Assembly: GCA_963976765.1 (NCBI GenBank)
Contig: CAXBME010000001.1
Location: 1-64,000 of the forward strand
Length of the DNA: 64,000 nucleotides
Direction: 5' to 3'
DNA from: an uncultured Planctomycetaceae bacterium
Lineage (GTDB): Bacteria > Planctomycetota > Planctomycetia > Planctomycetales > Planctomycetaceae
Both the position numbers and the translations under genes were made by a program. Under the pieces are notes generated by a model. That model saw only the letters and a list, made by a program, of their open reading frames with translations, was not told the DNA's origin and did not search any database. Positions 10,448-20,073 of the stretch are shown here, piece by piece. Every line of letters starts with the position of its first letter. Positions within the stretch are counted from its first letter, which is position 1.

Positions 10448-11860
10448 ATGCCCAACATGCAGACAACTTTTCAGGAATCTTCGAACGCGAAGATCGACAG
10501 ACGCCGGTTCCTGAGTTCTGCCGCCGGTGCAGCAGCGTTTGCCGGCTGTGGATTTCTCGATGAGCTTCCGAAGGCTGTCGCTGCTCCAAAGCCTGCCCGG
10601 TCATTTGAGATCGCGTCGATCGATCGCGTCACGGTCAAAGTGCCGTTTCGAGAGATTCCTGACCGCGCGATGTCGCGAGAAATTCCACACTGGATGTACT
10701 CAGAGATTTGCTCGGTCAAGCTGAAGTCCGGGCACGTCGGGCACGGCGAGACGCTGCTCTACTACACGTACGGCGCGACTGAGGACGCCGACGTCGCGCG
10801 GGCGGTCGGCAAAAACGCTGTCGAGATCATGTGGGACGACGAGTTGGGTGCCGGGTTGCAGATGGCTCTGTTCGATGCCGTCGGTAAGGCGTGCGAAGTC
10901 CCCGTTCATGCGCTGTTGGGAACTCAACTGACGGACAAGACACCGCTGGCCTGGTGGAATATCGACACCTCGCCGAAAGACATGGCTGCCGAGTGTGCCG
11001 AGGCGTACCGGCAGGGCTACCGAGCTTACAAAACGAAAGGCCGACCGTGGTTCGACGTCTGGTCCATGTGCGAAGAAACAGCGAAGGTTGTCCCGGAAGA
11101 TTTTCACGTTGCCCTCGATTTTAACGACACGCTGCTCACCGCCGAGCAAGGCATTCCTATTCTCAAAGAGCTGGCCGAGTTTCCACAGATCACTATCTGG
11201 GAAACGCCGATCTTTCAGGATGACATCGCCGGCAACCAGGCAATCCGCAAAGCGACGCGAGTGCCCGTGGCCATGCACTACGGGAATCCGGATCCGATCG
11301 TTGCTCTCAAGGAAGAGGTTTGCGACGGCTTCGTGATCGGAGGTGGTGCCAGTCGAATCCGTAACCGGGGAACCGTCGCCGCAATGGCCGACAAACCATT
11401 CTGGTTGCAGATCGTCGGGACGGGAATTACCGCCACCTGGTCGAAACATTTCGGAGCCGTCCTCAGTCACGCGAATTGGCCGGCTGTCAATTGTCACCAG
11501 CTTTACCAGCATCAGCTTCTGACCGAGTCGATCAAAGTCGAAAACGGCATGTCAACAATTCCTGCCGGTCCGGGACTTGGCTGCGAAATCGACTGGGACG
11601 CAGTCGAGAAATACAAAGTCCGCAAGCCGGCCCGTCGTCCCGAGCCTCCGCGACTGATCGAGACAACCTGGCCCGATGGCCGCAGGATGTACATCGCCAA
11701 TAACGGCAAAGTGAACTTCATGTTGACGATCGGGCAACAGGGAAGGATGCCCTATTTCGAGCACGGAGTCTTCACGCAACTGCTGCCCGACAATGGCTCC
11801 GCTCGCTGGAAAGAGCTTTACGCGTCCGCTCGAAAAGGCCCGGTCCTGATTCCTGCCTGA
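10448..11860 (+). CDS. Enolase superfamily (mandelate racemase/muconate lactonizing-like) protein with Tat signal
   Basis: DRRRFL Tat motif, GHGET, ALFDAVGKACEVPVHALLG, KTK, LDFN, WETP, GPGLG. Confidence 0.88.
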   Translation: MPNMQTTFQESSNAKIDRRRFLSSAAGAAAFAGCGFLDELPKAVAAPKPARSFEIASIDRVTVKVPFREIPDRAMSREIPHWMYSEICSVKLKSGHVGHGETLLYYTYGATEDADVARAVGKNAVEIMWDDELGAGLQMALFDAVGKACEVPVHALLGTQLTDKTPLAWWNIDTSPKDMAAECAEAYRQGYRAYKTKGRPWFDVWSMCEETAKVVPEDFHVALDFNDTLLTAEQGIPILKELAEFPQITIWETPIFQDDIAGNQAIRKATRVPVAMHYGNPDPIVALKEEVCDGFVIGGGASRIRNRGTVAAMADKPFWLQIVGTGITATWSKHFGAVLSHANWPAVNCHQLYQHQLLTESIKVENGMSTIPAGPGLGCEIDWDAVEKYKVRKPARRPEPPRLIETTWPDGRRMYIANNGKVNFMLTIGQQGRMPYFEHGVFTQLLPDNGSARWKELYASARKGPVLIPA

Positions 11861-11976
11861 TGCCGCTTCCGTGAGACCAGCGGCCGAAAACTGCCCGGTG
11901 AGCAGTGCCCACTCTGCGTGATTCGTTTGCAGACATTTGCAGAATGCGTTCCGAAAACTCGTTTGGATATTACTTC

Positions 11977-12903
11977 ATGATTCGCACACTCTGTTTAACA
12001 CTCACTGTTCTTGTCGCCTCGTCGTCGGCTTTCGCACAAAAGAACAGGGATGATAAGAAACCTGCAAAGAAGCCGCCGGCGCCGTTTCGCTGGGTGAATC
12101 CGCTGCCGAAGAGCGGCCTGCCGGCAGGAGTGAAGCATGGCACGTTCAAGAGTCCGTCGATGAAAATCGACGTTGGGTACTGCATCTATCTGCCACCGAG
12201 TTATGACGCGACGGCGACGACCGGTAAGAGATTCCCCGTCGTCTACTACCTGCACGGTGGACGGCCCGGCGGCGAAACGAAAGCCGTCAAGCTGACGACA
12301 TACATCGACAAGGCCATGCAAAGCGTCGACGTCCCGGACATGATTTACGTGTTTGTGAATGGCGGAAAAGTCAGCCACTACAACACTCCACAATTTGATT
12401 CGATGGGCGAGGATGTCTTCGTCAAAGAGCTGATTCCGCACATCGACTCGACCTGGCGCACGATCGCCAAACGTGAAAGTCGCGGTCTGGAAGGGTTCTC
12501 GCAGGGTGGACGCGGCACGACTCGGATCATGTTCCGCCACCCGGATCTGTTCAGCTCGTGCGCACCGGGAGGGGCAGGGCACTCGACAGAGAAGTCCATC
12601 TCAGAAAACAACGGTCGCGAGAACGACAACCTGGTCTTCGCCGAGGGCTACAACACCTGGGATCTGGCGCGCGAGTACGCAAAGAATCCCTCGCCGCCGT
12701 TGAAGATTCTGGTTCACGTCGGAACCAAAGGCTTCAACTATCAGAACAATCTTGAATACATGGAGTTTCTCACGTCGCTGAAGATTCCGTACGAGCGACT
12801 GATCGTTGAAGACGCCCCTCACAGCGCATCGGTGATCTACGAAAAACGCGGTCTGGAGCTGATGAAATTTCACGCGGCAAATTTCGGACTTAATTCAAAG
12901 TAG
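11977..12903 (+). CDS. Secreted alpha/beta-hydrolase (putative esterase)
   Basis: Signal peptide, IYLPPSY, YYLHGG, GFSQGG nucleophile elbow, C-terminal PH. Confidence 0.9.
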   Translation: MIRTLCLTLTVLVASSSAFAQKNRDDKKPAKKPPAPFRWVNPLPKSGLPAGVKHGTFKSPSMKIDVGYCIYLPPSYDATATTGKRFPVVYYLHGGRPGGETKAVKLTTYIDKAMQSVDVPDMIYVFVNGGKVSHYNTPQFDSMGEDVFVKELIPHIDSTWRTIAKRESRGLEGFSQGGRGTTRIMFRHPDLFSSCAPGGAGHSTEKSISENNGRENDNLVFAEGYNTWDLAREYAKNPSPPLKILVHVGTKGFNYQNNLEYMEFLTSLKIPYERLIVEDAPHSASVIYEKRGLELMKFHAANFGLNSK

Positions 12904-13029
12904 ATTTTCAGAGTTTCAACGAGAGAAGGCAGAGCCAGTACGGAAGGGCGGCCTCTGTTTTCTCTGAAGTCTCCTGTTCAATCCTTTTATCGGTTCCACC
13001 AGGAAATACGAAAACGATCGGTTGATGAG

Positions 13030-13950
13030 ATGGTGAAGGGTCACGACCCCGCGACGTTTGGTACGGCTCCGAATGCAGACCAGACAGCCGCAGCTTTTGT
13101 TCGTCTGACGGAAGTCATCGCGAAGTTGAGGTCGCCGGAAGGTTGTCCGTGGGATCGGCAGCAGACTCTGGCGACGATCAAGCCGTACACCCTCGAAGAA
13201 ACGTACGAACTGCTCGAAGCGATCGACTCGGACGACAATGTCGCAATTTGCGAAGAACTCGGCGACGTGTTGTTGCAGGTTGTGCTGGATGCTCAGATCG
13301 CCAGGGACGAGCAGCGGTTTGACATCGTATCCGTGATTAATGGCATCGCGAAGAAAATGGTCGAGCGGCATCCGCATGTTTTTGGAGACGCCGTCGCGTC
13401 CTCCGCAGAGGATGTCTCGAAGCACTGGGACAAGGCTAAGCGGAAAGAAAAGAGCGAGCGAAAGTCGGTTCTTGATGGGATCCCGGTCGAACTGCCGAGT
13501 CTTGCCAAAGCGGCACGCATCACAAAGAAGGCCGCCCGTGTTGGTTATGATTTTCCTCATCGAGCGATGCTGTTCGACAAGCTGAAGGAGGAAGTCGCGG
13601 AGCTGGCATACGAGCTGTTTGACGATGGCCAGGTTCCTGACATGGCGGCCAGCGTCGACGGCCCTCGAACCGAAGATGAGCCCGTCGACGATGCAGCGCG
13701 ACAGGAGCGGATCGAGGGGGAACTGGGCGACGTTCTTTTCGTCATTGCCAATATTGCACGCCGGTGGCAGGTCAATCCTGAAGAGGCCCTCCGAAAAAGT
13801 AATGCCAAGTTCGAGCGACGGTTTCGGTACATCGAGACTCGCTTGCGCGAGCAGGGCCTGGACATCCGGAATGTGTCGATCCAGCAGATGGAACAGCTTT
13901 ACCAGGAGGGTAAACAACTGGAGCGCGGGCCGACGGACGAGGCCACCTGA
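13030..13950 (+). CDS. mazG: Nucleoside triphosphate pyrophosphohydrolase MazG
   Basis: LRSPEGCPWDRQQT, EETYE, EELGDVLLQV, RHPHVF, second EGELGDVLF domain. Confidence 0.96.
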   Translation: MVKGHDPATFGTAPNADQTAAAFVRLTEVIAKLRSPEGCPWDRQQTLATIKPYTLEETYELLEAIDSDDNVAICEELGDVLLQVVLDAQIARDEQRFDIVSVINGIAKKMVERHPHVFGDAVASSAEDVSKHWDKAKRKEKSERKSVLDGIPVELPSLAKAARITKKAARVGYDFPHRAMLFDKLKEEVAELAYELFDDGQVPDMAASVDGPRTEDEPVDDAARQERIEGELGDVLFVIANIARRWQVNPEEALRKSNAKFERRFRYIETRLREQGLDIRNVSIQQMEQLYQEGKQLERGPTDEAT

Positions 13951-14048
13951 CTCCCGCCTGAATCGCTCTTTCTCCAGATCCGGACTGGAGTTAGACTCGG
14001 CCCACTTTGCCGGCAGGTACTGCGCGTACTGGTTCGGACAAACAGCTC

Positions 14049-14106
14049 GCTCGTGGATTCGAGCGGTTAAAAATGGGCACAGCCCGTTAGTATCGAAAGG
14101 ATTCGA
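14049..14106 (+). promoter_or_regulatory. Two GGA-loop hairpins (CsrA-type), one carrying the SD
   Basis: gctcg-tggatt-cgagc and tcgaa-AGGA-ttcga just before ATG 14109. Confidence 0.45.
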
Positions 14107-14108
14107 AC

Positions 14109-15449
14109 ATGGCCTTTGAGGCTCTGCGGTTCATTCATGCAGCCGGCGTGCTGGCCGATCACCAGGTTCGAGACATCGGCCCGTGCGACGACGACGTTCG
14201 GTCAGAACTGATCGACGCGACGTTACGTTCGTTCGAGCGGATCGTCGAAGCGTGCGTCGAGAACGAGGTCGACTTCCTTCTTCTTGTTGGCGACACATTC
14301 GATGAATCGGATCGCAGTCTCCGTGCCCGCGTAGCGATCCGGGAAGGTTTCGAATGCCTTAACGAGGCAGACGTTGACGTGTTCGTCGTGCCTGGCACAA
14401 GAGATTCGCAACATGCCTGGGCGTCATTCAAGAATCTGCCCGACAATGTCAGCCTCTTTGTCCCGGAAGTCGACGAGCCGACCGCCATCATGCGAAACGG
14501 CAACGTGCTGGCAACACTGCAGGCGTGTCTTGGTCGTTCTACCAGCAACGCGACCCCGAAGGACGAATCGAATTCAATGGGGCAGTCGCGGATTGGTCCG
14601 TTCCGCATTGGGATCATCCCGCCGTTCGCTTCTTCCGGCGTCAAGCCAGATGAGTCAGTCGTCGAAACCTGGCTGGCGACTCATCGCGTCGACTATCTCG
14701 CTGTGCCCCTTCCGTTTTCGCGGACGACGGTCACTCGAATGGAACAGCTTGCTCACGGGCCCGGTCCGGCAACATCAATGAGACGTGAGGATACGGGACT
14801 GGCCGGATGTTCTCTGGTGACGGTCGAGGCACGAGCCAGCATCGCGACAGAGACGGTCGTCACGTCGCCACTCCGTCGTGAAACAATCAACATCACCATC
14901 GGTGAGACAGCGACCTGGGATCAGCTGATGTCGGCGATGCGGGGGTACGTCGAATCGTTGCCGGAACTCGATCGGGCATCCGTGCTGATCCTCAACTGGG
15001 TGCTGACCGGGAGCGGCGCACTTCACAAGTCTTTGCAGGACGCCGATGCTGAAAAAGAGTTATTCGAACTGCTCGAAGCCGACACATCGCTGGCGGATGG
15101 ACAGCACATGATTCACAACCTGACGCTGCGGGGCGAACTATCAACTGCGGACGTGGCTTCCGACAAAGCTGACGCCGCAGGTCACGACGATGAGTTCGCA
15201 GACCATGAAGACGACAATCCTTTGTTGACGAGTTTCCTGGGACGTATCGATCGGGAACATTCCATAGCGGGCAGCGTTGTTCGAAGATTGAAGGCAGCCA
15301 GCGACGATTCGTCATCGTCATGGTTGAACCGGCTGGAAACACTGGCAGGGCGAGTCTCTCAGAACGCAGTCGCCGAGCGAAGTCGAGCCTGCGGAATCGA
15401 GTGGTTCGCCCCGGCTGCGGAAAGAGACACGAACTCCGACGAACTTTAG
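14109..15449 (+). CDS. YhaO/SbcD (Mre11)-like metallophosphoesterase-fold protein with degenerate active site
   Basis: LRFIHAA.., VDFLLLVGDTFD, VFVVPG, VDYLA, G.G.SLV topology; directly upstream of a YhaN-like ATPase. Confidence 0.85.
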   Translation: MAFEALRFIHAAGVLADHQVRDIGPCDDDVRSELIDATLRSFERIVEACVENEVDFLLLVGDTFDESDRSLRARVAIREGFECLNEADVDVFVVPGTRDSQHAWASFKNLPDNVSLFVPEVDEPTAIMRNGNVLATLQACLGRSTSNATPKDESNSMGQSRIGPFRIGIIPPFASSGVKPDESVVETWLATHRVDYLAVPLPFSRTTVTRMEQLAHGPGPATSMRREDTGLAGCSLVTVEARASIATETVVTSPLRRETINITIGETATWDQLMSAMRGYVESLPELDRASVLILNWVLTGSGALHKSLQDADAEKELFELLEADTSLADGQHMIHNLTLRGELSTADVASDKADAAGHDDEFADHEDDNPLLTSFLGRIDREHSIAGSVVRRLKAASDDSSSSWLNRLETLAGRVSQNAVAERSRACGIEWFAPAAERDTNSDEL

Positions 15450-15469
15450 CACAGTCTTTCATAAGACGG

Positions 15470-15528
15470 GCAGGCCGGGGCGCGACCCGGCAATTTAACA
15501 CCTCAAGCTGGGGCAAGACCCAGCCTGC
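15470..15528. repeat. Inverted REP pair (GTAG/GCAG-GCTGGG..CCCAGC type)
   Basis: gcaggccggggcgcgacccggc ... gctggggcaagacccagcctgc; same type at 31157-31212. Confidence 0.6.
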
Positions 15529-15654
15529 TTGACTGATGTATTTATTTGTGCCGGGTTCGCCCGGTCGGATTGGAAACGCCGGCTGCTGACTCACGAATGA
15601 GGAATTCCTGAGCACAATCAGAATTGGCGGTACCGGGTTTCAGGAGGAAACCGG

Positions 15655-18600
15655 ATGAAACTTGAACGGATTCATATTGAACGATTCGGTGCATGGCAAA
15701 ATCTGGATTTGCCAGTCGACTCCGAAGGGATCAGCGTTTACTACGGCCCGAACGAAGCCGGCAAGTCAACGCTCATGCGATTTGTCCGCGGCGTGCTGTA
15801 CGGTTTCCGACGAGGTGAGTCTGTTCGTCCGGCAAATGACGACGGTACTCGACCGTGGGGCGGAACGTTGCAGGTTCGTCATGATCACGAGTCATGGATG
15901 ATTCGTCGTGCCGGGCAGGGAAACTCGCGGGGCCTTGTTACCTCATGGCCGGTCGAATCCGACGGGAGTTCCCGTTCGGACGAGCCTTCGCACGATGGAT
16001 CAGAACTCGTCGAGAATCTGGTGTCCGGCGTCAGCGAGTCTGTCTACGAAAACATTTTTGCCATCGGCCTGTACGAACTGCAGGAACTGGCAACGCTTGA
16101 GTCGAAAGAAGTCGCCGAGCATATCTATTCCCTGTCGCTTGGGCTGGATGGTCAACAACTGCTGCAGCTGATCGAGGATGTCCGACAGGAATGCCACGAG
16201 CTGCTCAACGTCGAAACCGGCAAAGGAAAACTCGCAGAACTGCACGAACGAGTCGAGAAGATCGAGGTGCAGCTTGAGCAAATGACTGGACAGCGGCGAA
16301 AGCACGCTCAGCTTTGCGAAGAGCAGGAACGCTGGGAAGAGTCGATTGTCGAGTTCAAACAGCGGCAGCAGGGGCTGGAACACCAACTGCACGGTCATGA
16401 GTACATGGAGCAGGTCCATGAACCGTGGAAGAAGGTCCGAGTGCTCCAGAAGAAGCTGGATCAACTGCCGAATCTGCCGGACTTTCCTGCCAACGGGCTG
16501 ACCGATCTGCAGAACATCGAGCAGGAACTGGCTTCCGTACGCGGTCGACGCAACGCGCTGCTGACAGAAGCCCGGCAACTGGTCGAGCAGAGAAATGAAA
16601 TTTCGATCGACCCATTGTTTCATCGTTACGGGCCGGCGTTGCAGGCGTTTGTCGATCAGCGGGACTGGATTGCCGAAGTCCAGGAGTTTGTCGACGAGAC
16701 CGACGAAAAGAGCGACCAGCTTCGCGATAAGTTGACCGAACGTCTGGAAGAAATCGGACCTGACTGGACCGAAGAACGGCTGCGAGCAGTCGATACCTCA
16801 CACCTGACAGGCAACTGCCTGACGACTCGCGCGAAAGAGTTTCGTGAACTGAGCGGTCGCAGTCAGCAGTTGCGCGATCGTTATCGAAAGCTGTCGAAGA
16901 AGTTTCATCGGAGGCAGGAGAAACTGACGGAAGCTCGCGAAAGTTTCCCCGGCGTCACGATCGCCCAGGTGATCCAGCAGACAAAGATTGAACTGACGCG
17001 ACTGGAAGATCTCAGCCGTCTGAGAATTCGCGAGTCTGAGTTGACGCAAAGGCGGATCGGACTGGCAAATCAACGGAACCGTCTGCAACTTCATTCGGCA
17101 TTGCCGCAGTGGGTCAATGCCGTGTTTATTGCATTGGGAGTTGCAGGGTTGGCTCTGGGCCTGATTGGAATTCTGACCGGCATCATGTCGAACGGATTTG
17201 CGGGGCTGACTTATGCGCTGCTCGGTGCGTTCTGTGTGGGGACACCTTTCGCGCTGAAGCGTCATTTCGAAGGCGAGTTCGAACGAAAGAAACTCCTGCT
17301 CGAAGACGAAATTCGCGAGCAGGAACTTCGTATCAGAGAAACACGAGAAGCAATTTCGTGCATCGCTCCGTCGGTTGCAAAACTGCGGCGGCCTGCCCAA
17401 ACCAACGCGGAGTTGGCAGGAAATTCCAGACAGTCTCATCCGCATTCTCTTGCTCAGACACAGGCTGCCGGTCTGGTCGCGTCGAAGCGGCCTGCAGACG
17501 AAACGGCATCTGACCAGACTGAATGGCAGGAAGATGAAGACCAGTTTGTTACGGTCCCCGCAGGAACCGAGAGCATCGCCGATATGATGGCTCGTGTTTC
17601 GGCCGCCAATCTGGCGAACAGTAGCGACTCGCCGGTGCCCGTTTCGTCGACCCCGGTGAGCCGGGTTTCGCCCGTGTCTGATGAGCCTGCGATCAAAGAT
17701 TCGGCAGCGGTCGAGGATGAAGCACGACCGTCGTGGTTGTCTGAAGCTGACTTGCTGCGACAGTGTCTGGAACGTCTGCGGGAACTTGAATTGCTGGAGC
17801 GGATCGAAGAATGGGTCGCAAAGACTCGACCGGAACTTGTCGAAATGCGGCATCGGCTACGGGATGTTCAGCGAGACTATGGCACTGCTCGACAGGATTG
17901 GTGCACCCATCTGATCGAGCAGGGGCTCGAAGAAACCGTCGACATTGACAGCGCGATCTGGCAGCGGGATCAGGTGGGGCGAGCGGCAATGATCCTTCAA
18001 CGAGCCGACGCTCTGGATGAAGACACGCAGTTGTCTCGCCGGATGCTGGAGCGATTCCGCAAACGCGTCGAAGAGTTCGGGCACCGTCTGCAGCAGTGGA
18101 AAGTCGACTATTCTGATCCTGTTCCCGTGCTCGACCATTGGGCTCAGATTCTGACGCGGGTTGCGGAACTGAATCAGCAGCGTCGTCAGTGCAAGCGAGA
18201 AGCTCGGCAGCGACGGCTTGAGGCTTCGAAGTTCCGCGACCGGATTCGTCGGCTGGAGTCGCAGCGGGACGCGATTCTTGTCCGAGGTGGAGCCGTTTCG
18301 CGGGAAGAGTTTCAGGACCGAGCTTCACTGCTGGAGCGACGTTTCGAACTGGAAGAACTGCTTGATCGAGCACAGCAGGAATTGACAACCGTAGCGTCCG
18401 GTGAGTCAACGATGGCCATCGTTGAAAGCGATCTCGAAAACTACGACCCCGAGCACAACGCCAGGTGCATCGAGACAATTCGAAGTGAACTCGATGACCT
18501 GGAAATTGACATCGAAGACGCATTCGAGAATCTTGGACGCTTCAAACGCGAAATCGAACTGATCGAAAACGACCAGACCGGAGCTGAACTTCGATTCGAA

Positions 18601-19140
18601 CGCGAGCAACTGCTTTCAGAACTCACCTCACAGGCTGAAGAGTGGTTCGCTCTTGCCTGGTCAGTGAACTCGCTCGAAGAATTGCGAGTCGAATTTGAAC
18701 AGAGCCATCAGCCGCCAATTCTCGCGCGGGCCAAGGAGTATCTCAGTCGGCTTAGCGGAGAACGCTACGACAATATCTGGACTCCAATGGGCGAGCGAAC
18801 GTTGTGCGTCGACGATGCGGACGGTAACACGCTCAGAATCGAGCACCTCAGTGGCGGAACTCGGGAACAGCTCTTCCTGGCAATTCGGTTTGCCATGATC
18901 GAACACTTCTCCAATGAGGGCGTCGAACTGCCCATCGTGCTGGACGATATTCTGGTCAACTTTGACGAGCAGCGAACTCGCGCAGCAATCGAAGAACTGC
19001 TTCGGCAGACCAGCGACAACCAGCAGATTCTGTTCTTCACGTGTCATCAGCATCTGGCGGAAATGTTCCGTCAGCGAGGTGTCAGCACCGTCATGCTTCC
19101 CGACCGTCGGGCACTCAGCGACGAGTTGAAGGCCGGGTAA
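15655..19140 (+). CDS. YhaN/SbcE-like SMC/Rad50-type ATPase with central membrane hairpin
   Basis: MKLERIHIERFG, Walker A GPNEAGKST, long coiled coils, LSGGTREQ signature, VLDDILVNFD Walker B/D-loop, FTCH; two hydrophobic helices mid-protein. Confidence 0.92.
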   Translation: MKLERIHIERFGAWQNLDLPVDSEGISVYYGPNEAGKSTLMRFVRGVLYGFRRGESVRPANDDGTRPWGGTLQVRHDHESWMIRRAGQGNSRGLVTSWPVESDGSSRSDEPSHDGSELVENLVSGVSESVYENIFAIGLYELQELATLESKEVAEHIYSLSLGLDGQQLLQLIEDVRQECHELLNVETGKGKLAELHERVEKIEVQLEQMTGQRRKHAQLCEEQERWEESIVEFKQRQQGLEHQLHGHEYMEQVHEPWKKVRVLQKKLDQLPNLPDFPANGLTDLQNIEQELASVRGRRNALLTEARQLVEQRNEISIDPLFHRYGPALQAFVDQRDWIAEVQEFVDETDEKSDQLRDKLTERLEEIGPDWTEERLRAVDTSHLTGNCLTTRAKEFRELSGRSQQLRDRYRKLSKKFHRRQEKLTEARESFPGVTIAQVIQQTKIELTRLEDLSRLRIRESELTQRRIGLANQRNRLQLHSALPQWVNAVFIALGVAGLALGLIGILTGIMSNGFAGLTYALLGAFCVGTPFALKRHFEGEFERKKLLLEDEIREQELRIRETREAISCIAPSVAKLRRPAQTNAELAGNSRQSHPHSLAQTQAAGLVASKRPADETASDQTEWQEDEDQFVTVPAGTESIADMMARVSAANLANSSDSPVPVSSTPVSRVSPVSDEPAIKDSAAVEDEARPSWLSEADLLRQCLERLRELELLERIEEWVAKTRPELVEMRHRLRDVQRDYGTARQDWCTHLIEQGLEETVDIDSAIWQRDQVGRAAMILQRADALDEDTQLSRRMLERFRKRVEEFGHRLQQWKVDYSDPVPVLDHWAQILTRVAELNQQRRQCKREARQRRLEASKFRDRIRRLESQRDAILVRGGAVSREEFQDRASLLERRFELEELLDRAQQELTTVASGESTMAIVESDLENYDPEHNARCIETIRSELDDLEIDIEDAFENLGRFKREIELIENDQTGAELRFEREQLLSELTSQAEEWFALAWSVNSLEELRVEFEQSHQPPILARAKEYLSRLSGERYDNIWTPMGERTLCVDDADGNTLRIEHLSGGTREQLFLAIRFAMIEHFSNEGVELPIVLDDILVNFDEQRTRAAIEELLRQTSDNQQILFFTCHQHLAEMFRQRGVSTVMLPDRRALSDELKAG

Positions 19141-19148
19141 GAAGCTTC

Positions 19149-19979
19149 ATGACGACGACAGAAACAGCCTCTGACGATGCTCGCAACAATGACGCGACCG
19201 GGCAGCGTCAGGAACTTGTCCTGCTGGGAACGGGGACGAGCAGCGGCGTTCCAATGATTGGTTGCGACTGCGATGTCTGTCGATCTGCGAACCCTCGCAA
19301 CAAGCGAATGCGGACGGGAGTCGCGGTGCATACTCCCGGCGGGACGATTCTCATTGATACGTCGCCCGAGTTACGGCTGCAGCTCATCCGCGAGCAGATT
19401 CCGGTTGCCCATGCCGTGATCTTTACTCACGGGCACGTCGACCATCTTTTCGGTCTGGACGACACTCGGCTGTTCCCGCATCGGCTGGGGTATCCGCTAC
19501 CGATTTATATGGAAGAGGCGACGGAAATCACGATGCGAAGCGCGTTCGGCTACGCATTTAAAAAGCGACCACCAGAAGCAAAGGGCTGGTCGATCCCTCA
19601 GTTCGATGTACATCGAATCGGCGAAGAATCCTTCGAGCTGCTCGGCCAGACGATTCAGCCAGTGCGCCTTCTGCATGGCCGCATGCCAGTGCTCGGCTTC
19701 CGGCTTAACAATGTCGCGTTCTGCACGGACGTTAGCACGATTCCCGAGGACAGCTGGGCGAAACTGGCAGGTCTCGACGATTTGATTCTTGACGCCTTGC
19801 GGGATAAACCGCACCCAACGCATTTTTCCATCGACCAGGCTCTGGAAGTTGTCGATCGATTGAAGCCGAAGCGAACCTGGCTGACTCACATCTCGCACTC
19901 GCTTGAGCATGAAGCAACCAACGCACGACTGCCCGCCAGCGTGCAGCTGGCTTACGATGGGCTTCGCATTCCGTTCTGA
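19149..19979 (+). CDS. MBL-fold metallo-hydrolase (PhnP-like phosphodiesterase)
   Basis: LGTGTSSGVP, CDCDVC, THGHVDH, HGRMPVLG, THF, THISH, AYDG. Confidence 0.93.
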   Translation: MTTTETASDDARNNDATGQRQELVLLGTGTSSGVPMIGCDCDVCRSANPRNKRMRTGVAVHTPGGTILIDTSPELRLQLIREQIPVAHAVIFTHGHVDHLFGLDDTRLFPHRLGYPLPIYMEEATEITMRSAFGYAFKKRPPEAKGWSIPQFDVHRIGEESFELLGQTIQPVRLLHGRMPVLGFRLNNVAFCTDVSTIPEDSWAKLAGLDDLILDALRDKPHPTHFSIDQALEVVDRLKPKRTWLTHISHSLEHEATNARLPASVQLAYDGLRIPF

Positions 19980-19992
19980 TGCCTGACGAAAC

Positions 19993-20037
19993 CAGACAGG
20001 GCGACTCGCACCTCTGCGCGTCGCCCTGTTTGATTTT
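19993..20037. terminator. Hairpin terminator between convergent genes
   Basis: cagacagggcgac...gtcgccctgtttg followed by atttt. Confidence 0.6.
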
Positions 20038-20073
20038 GTCGGTCCGATGTGCGAAGCGAGAGTTCGCCTCCCG

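Noticed and set aside
13030..19979. mazG-nuclease-SMC-MBL as an anti-phage defence island
   Set aside because: MazG is the two-domain housekeeping type, the context is core chromosome and there are no mobility signs; kept only as the dead-nuclease finding
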